Source: Patescibacteria group bacterium | Lineage (GTDB): Bacteria > Patescibacteriota > Minisyncoccia > UBA6257 > GWB1-50-10 | Assembly (NCBI GenBank): GCA_024239035.1 | Contig: JANBVK010000001.1 | Location: forward strand, 506,202-570,201 | Reading direction: 5' to 3' | DNA length: 64,000 bases | Shown: positions 29,435 through 39,091 of the stretch, one piece after another | Layout: the number at the start of each line of letters is the position of its first letter | Position numbering within the stretch: position 1 is the first letter of the stretch | The notes under the pieces: generated by a model | Database searches by the model: none | The model's input: the letters and a program-made list of their open reading frames with translations, nothing else | What the model was told of the DNA's origin: nothing | Program-made: the position numbers and the translations under genes

Positions 29435-29532
29435 AGATTATTTGCAATTATATGCTCAGATAAGTATTCTAAAAGACAGTTATTTCACACGTAAAATTGT
29501 ATAATTCACGATAAGAAAGGCAGGGTAATCAG

Positions 29533-31035
29533 ATGTCCAAGGCAGAATTCTTTAGGACGATGGACAGTATCGGTTTAGCGTTGACTTTTGGCGATGTGCT
29601 CCTCAAGCCGGGATATTCCGAAGTTTTACCGGCAGATGTTGATGTTTCAACAATGTTCTCGCGACACGTATCACTGAAGATACCAATTGTAAGTGCCGCG
29701 ATGGACACTGTTACGGGGGATCTTATGGCAATTGAGCTCGCGAAGCTGGGAGGTTTGGGGGTTATTCACCGCGGGTTATCGGCCAGAGACCAAGCAAAAA
29801 CTGTGGTGCGCGTCAAAATGCATATGAACGGACGTATCAATACACCGATCTGTGTTCGTATGGATGACACAATCGGAAACGTTCTTACCATGCGAGAAGA
29901 AAGAAACTTTGAGTTCCACACTTTCCCGGTAACCGACAATGAGGGAAAACTTATTGGACTCTTGACACGACGGCGGTTTGAGATGTCTGAGGATGAAGAT
30001 ACTCTTGTGTCTTCAGCTATGACTACTGATCTGGTAACGGCGCCGGAAGGGACATCGCTAGCAGAAGCATACAGGATTATGATTGAGCAGGACGAGAAAG
30101 TACTGCCATTGATTGACGGCGGAGATCGTCTTGCTGGTATGTGTCTTTTCTCAGACGTCAAGCGCATTATGTCCAGCGATGCAGGTACTCACAACGTCGA
30201 CAGCAATGGCCAACTTATAACGGCCGCGGCTGTCGGTACCGGTGATGAGGCGCTTGAACGCGCCGAGCTTCTTGTGGGCAAAGGAGTTGATGTCATTGTA
30301 ATTGACACCGCACACGGTGACTCGAAAGATGTTTTTGAAACACTCAAAGAGCTCAAAAGTCACTATGGCGATAACGTTGATATCGTTGCAGGAAACATTT
30401 CTCAGGGCTCTGCGGCGAAGCGTCTGGTGGATGCTGGGGCAGACGGCATCAAAGTCGGGCAAGGGCCCGGATCCATCTGCACTACACGCATAGTCACCGG
30501 TGTAGGGTGCCCTCAAGTAAAAGCAGTATATAAATGCGTATCAGCCATCGAGGGATTAGGTGTTCCTGTGTGCGCCGACGGCGGGATCGAGAATTCCGGT
30601 GAGATTACCATTATTATTGGTGCCGGCGCTCACAGCGTAATGCTCGGTAGTCTTCTAGCCGGGACCGACGAAGCGCCTGGAACAATCACAACAGACCCTA
30701 GTAGTGGCCAGCGCGTCAAGTATATCCGAGGTATGGGCTCACTGAGCGCAATGCAAGAGAGTGAAGGTTCTCGTGGACGTTATAGGCAAGATGGAACACA
30801 CACTCTTGTACCGGAAGGGATTGAGGGTTATGTTGCGCTCCGAGGGTCGTTAGCCGATTTAGTTAAACAGCTCGTCGGTGGTTTGCGAGCAGGAATGGGC
30901 TATGTTGGTGCCGCGGACATCAAAGAGCTGCGGGAAAAAGGAGAATTTGATCTTCTTACGCAGGCTGGTGTGAAGGAGTCACATCCTCATGGTGTCACGG
31001 GAATCAGCGAAGCGCCAAATTATAGGAGGGGTTAA
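29533..31035 (+). CDS. guaB: IMP dehydrogenase with tandem CBS domains
   Basis: Catalytic loop [12 protein letters not shown] pair inserted in the TIM barrel. 500 aa. Extended -10 TTGTATAAT at about 29494. Confidence 0.9.
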   Translation: MSKAEFFRTMDSIGLALTFGDVLLKPGYSEVLPADVDVSTMFSRHVSLKIPIVSAAMDTVTGDLMAIELAKLGGLGVIHRGLSARDQAKTVVRVKMHMNGRINTPICVRMDDTIGNVLTMREERNFEFHTFPVTDNEGKLIGLLTRRRFEMSEDEDTLVSSAMTTDLVTAPEGTSLAEAYRIMIEQDEKVLPLIDGGDRLAGMCLFSDVKRIMSSDAGTHNVDSNGQLITAAAVGTGDEALERAELLVGKGVDVIVIDTAHGDSKDVFETLKELKSHYGDNVDIVAGNISQGSAAKRLVDAGADGIKVGQGPGSICTTRIVTGVGCPQVKAVYKCVSAIEGLGVPVCADGGIENSGEITIIIGAGAHSVMLGSLLAGTDEAPGTITTDPSSGQRVKYIRGMGSLSAMQESEGSRGRYRQDGTHTLVPEGIEGYVALRGSLADLVKQLVGGLRAGMGYVGAADIKELREKGEFDLLTQAGVKESHPHGVTGISEAPNYRRG

Positions 31036-31036
31036 C

Positions 31037-32500
31037 ATGAGCGCACCCAGTTTTGAGTCGTTCGTTGCCCAATACCTCCGTCTTGCTGTTTGCGGAACTT
31101 ACTGGGGTGACGAAGGGAAAGGGAAAATCGTAGATATCTGCAGCGAGTATTTTGATATCGTTGTGCGGTTTTCCGGAGGAGAAAACGCAGGCCATTCAGT
31201 GAATGACGAAAGCAAAAATTTCGCATTTCATCTGCTGCCCAGCGGTTTTGCGCGTGGTAAGACATGCGTGCTCGCCGGTGGCGTACTGCTGAAGTTACAG
31301 GCACTCGTAGCGGAGATTGCGGAGAATACACCCAAACTTTCTTGTACGGCGCCTGATGTGCTGATCGATGAGCGATGTCCGATCTGGACGCCGTACCACG
31401 CTCTATTTGAAGCATATATTGAGAGATTACGCGGGAAAGACGCAATCGGAACGACGGGGCGTGCAATGGGTCCATTGCAAGGATTTCACAGCATGCGAGA
31501 AGGTGTAATTGCCGCGCACTTGCGGGATAGACGGCAACTCATGCGTGTCGTGACCCAACTCCATGCAATACTTAAGCCATGCTTTGACAAGATGGTGGAT
31601 GAGGTTCCGACGCCGGCCTCTGTTGTGGACGAACTGGTTGCGCTCGCGCAGTCATCAGGGATACTCAAGAGCATCATTGATACCGGTGCGTATCTCTTTG
31701 ATGAGATTACCAAAGGTAGCAAGAGAGTTTTGTTTGAAGGTTCTCAAGCTACGGGGCTGGATGTCAATGCAGGCACGTGGCCGTTTACAACGTCAACTTC
31801 ATCAACCGCAGGAGGTATTGCTGCCGGAACGTTGCTTCCACCAGGAGCTCTTTCGGGGACGTTACTCGTTATGAAGCTGTTTCCGACGCGTGTCGGCGGC
31901 GGCAGTATGCCGAGCGAGTTATCCTCCAGAGAAGCAATCCAGCGTTTTGCAGATGCCAATCCGGAGCTTTTCGAGAACGGCAGCGCTCGCGCTGAATTCT
32001 TAGAAGATAGGCTGCGGCACTGCAACACCGATGACGCTACAAGCGCTGAACTGGGGGAGTATATAATGGTGAAGGCGCGTGAGATTGGCGTCAGTACCGG
32101 TCGAGGCAGGAGTCCTGGCAGGCCCGATCTTGCGTGGGCTCGATATGCGATTCGAGTCAATGATCCAATTGGCTGTGTGCTGAACGGTTTGGATGTTGTC
32201 TCAGGCCTTGAAATAATTGAGGTTGTCACCGGTTATCGGTACCGGGGTGTCGAATTAGCGCCGGGAATAGTGCCGGTTCTTGACTTAGCCAACGTCGAAC
32301 CGGTAATTGAGCAGTGGCCCGGGTGGAAAGAAGATATCACCGGAGCGGCGAGTATGAACCAATTACCGCAAAATGCCCGGCGTTTCATCGAGAGATTTGA
32401 AGAAGGGCTGGGACGTTCCATCATTTTGATAGGGACGGGGACAAAACGTCGCGACGTCATCTTCCGCGAACCTAAGGCTCGACTCAATGCAATTTTTTAA
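31037..32500 (+). CDS. purA: Adenylosuccinate synthetase-like protein (divergent, with insertions)
   Basis: P-loop YWGDEGKGKIVD and GGENAGHSV motifs. The ATG at 31037 sits 6 nt after AGGAGG. The ORF track's upstream start at 30989 overlaps guaB. Confidence 0.75.
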   Translation: MSAPSFESFVAQYLRLAVCGTYWGDEGKGKIVDICSEYFDIVVRFSGGENAGHSVNDESKNFAFHLLPSGFARGKTCVLAGGVLLKLQALVAEIAENTPKLSCTAPDVLIDERCPIWTPYHALFEAYIERLRGKDAIGTTGRAMGPLQGFHSMREGVIAAHLRDRRQLMRVVTQLHAILKPCFDKMVDEVPTPASVVDELVALAQSSGILKSIIDTGAYLFDEITKGSKRVLFEGSQATGLDVNAGTWPFTTSTSSTAGGIAAGTLLPPGALSGTLLVMKLFPTRVGGGSMPSELSSREAIQRFADANPELFENGSARAEFLEDRLRHCNTDDATSAELGEYIMVKAREIGVSTGRGRSPGRPDLAWARYAIRVNDPIGCVLNGLDVVSGLEIIEVVTGYRYRGVELAPGIVPVLDLANVEPVIEQWPGWKEDITGAASMNQLPQNARRFIERFEEGLGRSIILIGTGTKRRDVIFREPKARLNAIF

Positions 32501-32517
32501 CAAGGAGGTCTAAAAAC

Positions 32518-32550
32518 CAACGGCTCAACGACAATCATCGTTGAGCCGTT
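32518..32550. repeat. Hairpin CAACGGCTCAACG-N8-CGTTGAGCCGTT, also a likely bidirectional terminator, copy 2
   Basis: Same 12-bp stem as 29403-29434. Lies between the convergent purA and thioredoxin-like genes. Confidence 0.6.
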
Positions 32551-32571
32551 TAAATTTATAAGAAACAGGTA

Positions 32572-33783
32572 CTACCCAAACGTAAACGTAAAAGCGCGGA
32601 GGCCGGGGTTTTCAATAATGATTTCCAGGGTGTGTTCGCCGCTGCCTGCCGGGTCTTCGATAAGGCGATATAATCCGTCTTCTTTAACAAATACGGTTGT
32701 CTCACCGTTTTTAGTTTGTATATCAATCCCGGCAGCATCTCCCACGGGAACTCCGTCGCGGAGGATCCGAATATTTACTCCTTCTTCTGAACTTGCAACT
32801 ATAAAAACTTTCTGTGCCTGGTAGCGAAAGATAATTTTTGCACCGGCGCTTTTGTTCTCTGCGAATTCGCGTGTAAATTCCCAATCCCCGTCGAGATATA
32901 AAATATTAGTTTTTATGCCAATCGGCTTGGTAAGTGTTTGAATACCCTCTGTGCTGGATTTTCCATTTCCAAGGTAAAGATTTCGCCATGCGCCAAAGTA
33001 AATCTCCGGACTTCTGGGACTTAGAGCATCAACAGTTTCAACTCCCTCCGGTTTTGCAATTTCTTTTTCGATGCTGTCTTTGATTTCTAAGACTGTCATT
33101 CGTTCTTCCAAGAGTTCTTGAATTTTTCTCTCTGTCTCTTCGTATCTGCCTTCACCAATGTGGTCATAGACAATAAACCCGTCGATATCGATCAGATATT
33201 TCCTTGGCCAATAACGATTTTTATATGCATGCCAGGTTGAGAAATCATTGTCTAAAACCACGGGGTACTTTACGCCGAATTTTTCCACAGCAGCCTGGAC
33301 GTTTTCATACTTTTTTTCGAATTCAAACTCTGGGGTGTGCACGCCGATAATAGCTAATCCCTTGTCGCTGTATTTCTCATCCCACGCATTGAGGTACGGC
33401 AGGGTTCGTTGACAGTTAATGCAGCTGTATGTCCAGAAATCAACGAGGATTACTTTTTTTCCAATCAATTCTTTAATGGAAATTTTCGGTACATTAATAA
33501 ATCCGTCCGGAGTAGTTACCTCTTTTGCGGGCTCATATTGTTTCGCCTTTTCTTCGATGCGTTTTATAAAAAGAGATTTAACTTCCCCGGGCGTCGAAAT
33601 TCCAGCTCCACCAGACGGTAAGATTTCTTTATTTCTTTCGGTTACTATAGAACCTATGTCAATTTCTGCTTCTTTTAAATTTTCTGAGGTCGGTACCGGA
33701 AGCTTTTTTGATTGCAGGTAAAAGATCGCTCCTATAATTGCGATAACAGCCGTAATAAGAATAATTGTTTTTGGGTTTATCAT
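32572..33783 (-). CDS. Membrane-anchored thioredoxin-like thiol:disulfide oxidoreductase (TlpA/ResA-like, WTYSCINCQ) fused to a DipZ-C-terminal-like beta domain
   Basis: N-terminal TM helix, CxxC in a thioredoxin fold, and about 170 aa of C-terminal extension. Overlaps ccdA by 1 nt. Confidence 0.7.
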   Translation of the reverse strand: MINPKTIILITAVIAIIGAIFYLQSKKLPVPTSENLKEAEIDIGSIVTERNKEILPSGGAGISTPGEVKSLFIKRIEEKAKQYEPAKEVTTPDGFINVPKISIKELIGKKVILVDFWTYSCINCQRTLPYLNAWDEKYSDKGLAIIGVHTPEFEFEKKYENVQAAVEKFGVKYPVVLDNDFSTWHAYKNRYWPRKYLIDIDGFIVYDHIGEGRYEETERKIQELLEERMTVLEIKDSIEKEIAKPEGVETVDALSPRSPEIYFGAWRNLYLGNGKSSTEGIQTLTKPIGIKTNILYLDGDWEFTREFAENKSAGAKIIFRYQAQKVFIVASSEEGVNIRILRDGVPVGDAAGIDIQTKNGETTVFVKEDGLYRLIEDPAGSGEHTLEIIIENPGLRAFTFTFG

Positions 33784-34493
33784 TATCGTAAAAGAAAACG
33801 GTTTAAAAGTTCAAAGTTAGCGATGAGGTTTAAGCTTTGTGTGAAAACAAAGACGCCGAGAACAATAAGAACAACTCCAAAAGCAATATTGATGTATTTA
33901 AGTATATGCGCGTAGCGGTTGATTATGGTGGATGCCTGTGCGGCGAAGAACCCAACAACAAGAAAAGGGATACCAAGACCGAGTGAATAAGAAAGCAAGA
34001 GATAGAAGGTGATTCCGGGTTGCGTTGCTGCAAGACCTAGAATAGCCCCGAGGGCAGCGCCAACACACGGTGTCCATCCAGCACCAAAGGCGGAGCCGAA
34101 AACAAAAGATGTTATATACTTTGATTTAAATTGTTTTTTGACGGCAAATTTATGTTCTCTATCAAGGAAAGGGATTTTGATTAACCCAACGAGATATAGC
34201 CCAAAGAAAATAATAATAGCTCCGCCTATTCTTGAGAGCCAAATCAAGGCGTTGTATGCTACTGCCTCGAGAACGGTGTTTAGAAGAACTCCTAGGATTG
34301 CAAAGATTACAGAAAACCCTAAAACGAAGAACACGCTATTTAGAAACACATCTTTTCTTTTTGATCGAGAATCACTAAGTGACGTTCCTGACAAGTATGC
34401 TAGGAATCCGGGGATTATGGGCAGTACACAAGGAGAAAGAAAAGAAACTATCCCCGCAACGAAAGCAACAACAATTGTAATCTCTGCCATCAT
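33783..34493 (-). CDS. ccdA: Cytochrome c-type biogenesis / disulfide reductant transporter CcdA (DsbD core)
   Basis: Six TM helices. The two conserved Cys motifs LSPCVLPIIPGFLAY and GAGWTPCVGAAL. Confidence 0.85.
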   Translation of the reverse strand: MMAEITIVVAFVAGIVSFLSPCVLPIIPGFLAYLSGTSLSDSRSKRKDVFLNSVFFVLGFSVIFAILGVLLNTVLEAVAYNALIWLSRIGGAIIIFFGLYLVGLIKIPFLDREHKFAVKKQFKSKYITSFVFGSAFGAGWTPCVGAALGAILGLAATQPGITFYLLLSYSLGLGIPFLVVGFFAAQASTIINRYAHILKYINIAFGVVLIVLGVFVFTQSLNLIANFELLNRFLLR

Positions 34494-34531
34494 GACTCAC
34501 GTATAATATCACGCAGTGTTAGAAAAAAAAA

Positions 34532-34636
34532 GTTGACCCCGTTAGAAATCCGCCCTGCCAAGGGCATGGCGGCAGGCCCTCGACTGAGCTCGGTCGAAGT
34601 CCCACCTCGGGGCGGCTTATTTCTAACGGGGTTGAC
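34532..34636. repeat. MITE-like element with 12-13-bp terminal inverted repeats (C)CCCGTTAGAAAT / ATTTCTAACGGG(G) flanked by the direct 6-bp GTTGAC on both sides
   Basis: Inverted repeat and flanking direct repeat seen directly. The interior holds the TCGACTGAGCTCGGTCGA near-palindrome shared with the pilus leaders. Confidence 0.55.
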
Positions 34637-34724
34637 CCTCTCTGATATTTGAGTTAGTTTACCTACCAGCGGGAACCAAGACGGATTTCTAATTTACAAC
34701 CTAAAATGAATCGAGGGTAGGACA

Positions 34725-35672
34725 ATGAATGCAAGGAACTTTTTCAGATTGCTGGAGGCGCGATGGGCACAGGATCTTTTTGTGTGCGTGGGTTTGGACA
34801 GTGATTTAAGCAAGATCCCGGAAGCCGCCCAGGTTTCCGATAAAACCTATCCTGTGGGGCTGGATCCAACGGCAACCATCTTTGGATTCAACTCCGCCAT
34901 CGTGGATGCGACGAAGGATTTAGTTTGCGCATACAAACCGAACATCGCTTTCTACGAAGCGCATGGCGGTGCCGGTTGGCTCGCGCTCTACCAAACCGTC
35001 ACGTATATCCACGAGGTTGCGCCTGAAGTGCCGGTGATCTTGGATGCCAAGCGCGCCGATATCGGTAACACGAATAACGGCTATGTGCGCGCGTTCGAGC
35101 TTTTACAAGTCGATGCCATCACAGTGAACCCGTACTTGGGTGCCGAGGCGTTGCAGCCGTTCTTGGATCAGAAGGATAGGGGGATTATCGTCCTCTGTCG
35201 TACCTCTAATCCTGGTGCAGGCGAGTTTCAGGATATGGTTGTCTCTGTGAGCGAAGAGCAATTTGCTAATATCTCGCGGGGTCAGCCTGTCAGTGATTCC
35301 GAGTTCTCAATGCCGAGAACAATGCCGCTTTATCAGTATGTTGCATACCGAGTGGCGGCCCGTAGTACCGGCTGGAACAAGAACGGTAACTGTGCAATCG
35401 TCGTCGGGGCAACGTACCCCGGTGAACTTCGGGAAGTGCGCCAACAAATTGTCGGTGACATGCCGATTCTCATTCCGGGTATCGGAAAACAAGGCGGGGA
35501 TATCGAGAAAACCGTTGCCGCCGGCATTGACAGTCGGGGGCAGGGGATAATTGTCAACTCCTCGCGGGGGATTATCTTTGCATCCGGAGGGTCAGATTTT
35601 GCGGAAGCGGCTCGCAGGGAAACCGTTAAACTCAGCGACACAATTAACGATTGTCGTCAGAAAGGAGAGTGA
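34725..35672 (+). CDS. pyrF: Orotidine 5'-phosphate decarboxylase (long type 2 form)
   Basis: Motif ILDAKRADIGNT. 315 aa. Confidence 0.85.
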   Translation: MNARNFFRLLEARWAQDLFVCVGLDSDLSKIPEAAQVSDKTYPVGLDPTATIFGFNSAIVDATKDLVCAYKPNIAFYEAHGGAGWLALYQTVTYIHEVAPEVPVILDAKRADIGNTNNGYVRAFELLQVDAITVNPYLGAEALQPFLDQKDRGIIVLCRTSNPGAGEFQDMVVSVSEEQFANISRGQPVSDSEFSMPRTMPLYQYVAYRVAARSTGWNKNGNCAIVVGATYPGELREVRQQIVGDMPILIPGIGKQGGDIEKTVAAGIDSRGQGIIVNSSRGIIFASGGSDFAEAARRETVKLSDTINDCRQKGE

Positions 35673-35677
35673 GTGAC

Positions 35678-36346
35678 ATGACCAACCTACCTCTTGCCCA
35701 CCAGAGACTCGCGGCGACATTCTTTGATATCGGAGTGGTTAAGTTCGGAGAGTTCAGGTTGAAGCTTCACGAGGAGCACCCTGATGCACCGCTGTCCCCG
35801 ATTTACCTCAATCTCCGCACGGCAGATAATCTAGAACAGGGGCTCCTTACCTCGTCTGTCATTGCCTCGGTCGGTAGGATGCTTTACGAAATGGCCGGAG
35901 AACTTAGTCTCGACTATTCCTGCGTCGCCGGTGTGCCGCGGGCTGGTAATCTCTTTGCGAGAGCGTTTTCTGAGGCGTCACCAGGACAACCCGTGCCGCT
36001 CCTGCGTCTCGAGAAAACCGAGAAAGACGGCCTCCGCCGGGTGACCCGCCTTGTTGGTGGAGAGTACTCGCCGGGCGAGAGAGTTCTCGTTATTGACGAT
36101 TGTATCACGATGGGTGAGAGCAAACTGGAGGGTATCCAGGTTCTCGAGAGAGCCGGACTTGTGGTAAATGATGTTCTCATCATTGTGGATCGTGAAGGAG
36201 GCGGTGACAGAGAGCTTGAAAAAGCTGGCTACAGGTTGCATGCTATGTTCACTCTCTCAGCGTTACTTGAGTTCTATCTAGAGAGCGGTAGAATTTGCCA
36301 AGATAGGTATGAGGAAGTAAGAACCTACCTCGCTGCCAATTCATGA
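35678..36346 (+). CDS. pyrE: Orotate phosphoribosyltransferase
   Basis: PRPP-binding motif VLVIDDCITMGES. The ATG at 35678 is preceded by AGGAGAG. The ORF track's start at 35651 overlaps pyrF. Confidence 0.8.
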   Translation: MTNLPLAHQRLAATFFDIGVVKFGEFRLKLHEEHPDAPLSPIYLNLRTADNLEQGLLTSSVIASVGRMLYEMAGELSLDYSCVAGVPRAGNLFARAFSEASPGQPVPLLRLEKTEKDGLRRVTRLVGGEYSPGERVLVIDDCITMGESKLEGIQVLERAGLVVNDVLIIVDREGGGDRELEKAGYRLHAMFTLSALLEFYLESGRICQDRYEEVRTYLAANS

Positions 36347-36390
36347 CTTTCTTCTCAACAAGACGGGAGGAAAAATACCTGCATCAGACA

Positions 36391-36420
36391 GCGGTCCGAG
36401 AAAATCGGACCGCTTTTTGT
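36391..36420 (+). terminator. Rho-independent terminator (GCGGTCCGA-gaaaat-CGGACCGC-TTTTTGT)
   Basis: Stem plus T-run after pyrE. Confidence 0.7.
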
Positions 36421-36455
36421 TTCCTTAAACACTTATAGTATCATTATATAAATAA

Positions 36456-38135
36456 ATGACTGCCGGTGTTTTTGAACTTACAATTGTTATTTTAATTGCT
36501 GCTGTATTGGGGGTTGTAGCTAAATTTTTGCGCCAGCCGATTATTCTGGCTTATCTTGCCGCCGGAGTCGTTATTGGTTACTTTGGTTTTTTTAATCTGG
36601 CCGATAAGGAAACGTTCCGGGTGTTTTCAGATTTGGGAATTATGTTTCTCCTTTTCCTGGTAGGGCTTGAGATTAATTACACCTCATTGAAGATATCGGG
36701 AAAAGCCTCCGTACTCGTGGGCCTGGGCCAGATTATATTTACCTTTGCTATTGGCTTCTTAATAGCCACCGCTCTTAATTTCAGTTACTTTCACGCCGCC
36801 TACATTGCGATAGCGCTTACGTTCTCGAGCACTATTATTGTAATAAAACTACTCTCCGACAAAAAAGACCTAAACAGTCTTTATGGAAAAATCAGCGTCG
36901 GTTTTCTCTTGGTTCAGGATTTTGTAGCAATTTTAATCCTAATACTCTTAGCCGGCATTGATTCGGGTCAAGGATTGCTTTTAGGGAGTATGGTGTTCGC
37001 GGTTCTGAAAGGTCTTGTGCTCTTTGCGGTGATGCTCTGGCTCGGTCGTAAAATATTACCATGGCTATTTGATAAGATTGCCCGTTCTCAGGAGCTGCTC
37101 TTTCTCGCCAGTCTTGGTTGGGTATTTCTACTTGCGGTAATCGTCAGCAGATTAGGATTCTCAATTGAGATTGCCGGACTCTTAGCCGGTGTCGCGCTTG
37201 CGAACTCTTCAGAGAATCTCCAAATAGCCAGTCGTATCAGACCGCTTCGCGATTTCTTCATTCTTATATTTTTTGTTATTTTGGGGTCTTCGGTTGTGTT
37301 TTCGAACTTTGGCGGATTGATAATTCCCATTATTATCCTTTCGGCATTTGTTTTAATTGGTAACCCGCTTATCGTTTTAATTATTATGGGGCTTATGGGA
37401 TACCGCAGGCGGACAAGTTTCTTGGCGGGTGTAACCGTTGCTCAAATTTCTGAATTTAGTCTTATTTTGGCGGCGTTAGGGTTTAAGCTTGGGCACATTA
37501 ACGAAGGAGTGGTGGCGCTTATTACTGCGGTTGGTGTTGTAACAATAACTCTCTCAACATACTTAATTGTGCATGCCGACTGGATTTTTAAACGTCTCTC
37601 GCGGCTCTTGCGTATTTTTGAGCGCCGGAATACAAAAAAAGAGGCTTTTATAGCGGAAGAATTCAAGAAACCAATTGTTTTAATCGGTTGCGGCCGGACG
37701 GGGGCGAGTATAGCCTTTAACTTACCCAAAGAAAAACTTTTGATCATTGAGTTTGATCCGGAGGTAATTGATCAGTTAAAACGACATGGTATTGATTATA
37801 TATTCGGTGATATAACCGACTCCGAGATTTTTGAGAAAGCCAATTTTAAAGAGGCGCGTTTAGTTGTCTCAACAAGCCCTAACTTAGAAGACAACCTGAC
37901 TCTTCTTACCGAACTTAAATTGCTGGAAAAAAGGCCTAGAATCATCCTTCGGGCCCAAACCGAGAGGGAAGCAGAGGTTTTGTATCGCGAGGGCGCGGAC
38001 TACGTTCTGCTTACAACTTTTACCTCCGGCCAGTATTTAGGCAAAACCATTGCCATTGATCCGGATATGAAGATTTTAGACACCTTAAAAGAACGAGACA
38101 TTGCTCTTATGGGGCGAATGAACCGTGCGGCGTAG
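36456..38135 (+). CDS. CPA2-family cation:proton antiporter with a C-terminal TrkA-N (KTN) domain (KefB-like)
   Basis: About 12 TM helices, then the Rossmann motif IVLIGCGRTGASIA. Confidence 0.8.
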   Translation: MTAGVFELTIVILIAAVLGVVAKFLRQPIILAYLAAGVVIGYFGFFNLADKETFRVFSDLGIMFLLFLVGLEINYTSLKISGKASVLVGLGQIIFTFAIGFLIATALNFSYFHAAYIAIALTFSSTIIVIKLLSDKKDLNSLYGKISVGFLLVQDFVAILILILLAGIDSGQGLLLGSMVFAVLKGLVLFAVMLWLGRKILPWLFDKIARSQELLFLASLGWVFLLAVIVSRLGFSIEIAGLLAGVALANSSENLQIASRIRPLRDFFILIFFVILGSSVVFSNFGGLIIPIIILSAFVLIGNPLIVLIIMGLMGYRRRTSFLAGVTVAQISEFSLILAALGFKLGHINEGVVALITAVGVVTITLSTYLIVHADWIFKRLSRLLRIFERRNTKKEAFIAEEFKKPIVLIGCGRTGASIAFNLPKEKLLIIEFDPEVIDQLKRHGIDYIFGDITDSEIFEKANFKEARLVVSTSPNLEDNLTLLTELKLLEKRPRIILRAQTEREAEVLYREGADYVLLTTFTSGQYLGKTIAIDPDMKILDTLKERDIALMGRMNRAA

Positions 38136-39090
38136 AAGATTAAAGTTAGTGCTTTGGTTCTTGTTGTTTATCGTCCCTATTACTGCTGTTTGGGTTCTTG
38201 GTAGTGAGTATCTTGTATCTCGGCAAATTCCCGAACGAATCCCTGAAGTTATCACATCTGAGGCAACCGTTCTTGAGGTAGTTGTTCCTAAAGTGGTTGT
38301 CCCCAAAGTAGTCGCCGTGCCGCAAGGGGAGATTCGATTGGTCCTCGTTCCTCGAAACATTTCTTTAAATCCAGGGATTACTCGTGCGATTTTTGATGGC
38401 GCAGAGGTTCCGATTTTTGATTATAGCGGATATGTCTATGTGCTTCTTCCGGTTAGTGCACAAAAACCCGTTGGCGCGTACGATCTTGAAGTTCTTGAAG
38501 GTGAACGAGTTGTGAATTCACTACTTGTTAATGTTGTCCATAAAGAATTTCCTAAGGATGTACTGAATGTCTCGTATGAGTTTGTAGAATTTCCACAAGA
38601 AGTTAAGGACAGCATTCGGGAAGTTAAGCAACCATTCCTTGAAGCGCTTCAGCGAACGGTTGCGATACGGCGTTGGAGTACGGGATTTAGTCACCCGCTC
38701 GAGGTAATTGATATAACGGATTTTTTCGGTCAGCAGAGAGTGTACACGAATTACACCACACCGTTTCATAGCGGTGTTGATTTAAGAGCCGCTCCGGGAA
38801 CCTCTGTACGCGCCATCTCCGAGGGACGGGTGCTCTGGGGAGGAGACAGCAAATTATACTTTGAAGGGAACGCAGTTGTTATTGATCACGGTCAGAAAAT
38901 TATTTCAATGTATCTCCACCTCGATTCCGTTGAGGTGGAGGTTGGCGATATAGTTAGGCGAGGTCAGGTGGTCGGGCGGTCAGGTGCAAGCGGTTTCGGA
39001 ACCGGGCCGCATCTTCACTTCGCGGTAAAGGTGGGAGGAAAATACGTTGGCCCACTCCAGTTTATTGGAGCATTTCAAGACATCCGCTGA
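38125..39090 (+). CDS. M23-family metallopeptidase
   Basis: HSGVDL...(H)xxxD and HLHF motifs (GTGPHLHFAVK). N-terminal TM anchor. Confidence 0.75.
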   Translation: MRRRRLKLVLWFLLFIVPITAVWVLGSEYLVSRQIPERIPEVITSEATVLEVVVPKVVVPKVVAVPQGEIRLVLVPRNISLNPGITRAIFDGAEVPIFDYSGYVYVLLPVSAQKPVGAYDLEVLEGERVVNSLLVNVVHKEFPKDVLNVSYEFVEFPQEVKDSIREVKQPFLEALQRTVAIRRWSTGFSHPLEVIDITDFFGQQRVYTNYTTPFHSGVDLRAAPGTSVRAISEGRVLWGGDSKLYFEGNAVVIDHGQKIISMYLHLDSVEVEVGDIVRRGQVVGRSGASGFGTGPHLHFAVKVGGKYVGPLQFIGAFQDIR

Positions 39091-39091
39091 A

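Noticed and set aside
30989-31036. Upstream start for the purA-like gene that overlaps guaB by 47 nt
   Set aside because: The conserved AdSS P-loop begins shortly after the ATG at 31037, which has a perfect AGGAGG SD. The 30989 start has none and would overlap guaB.
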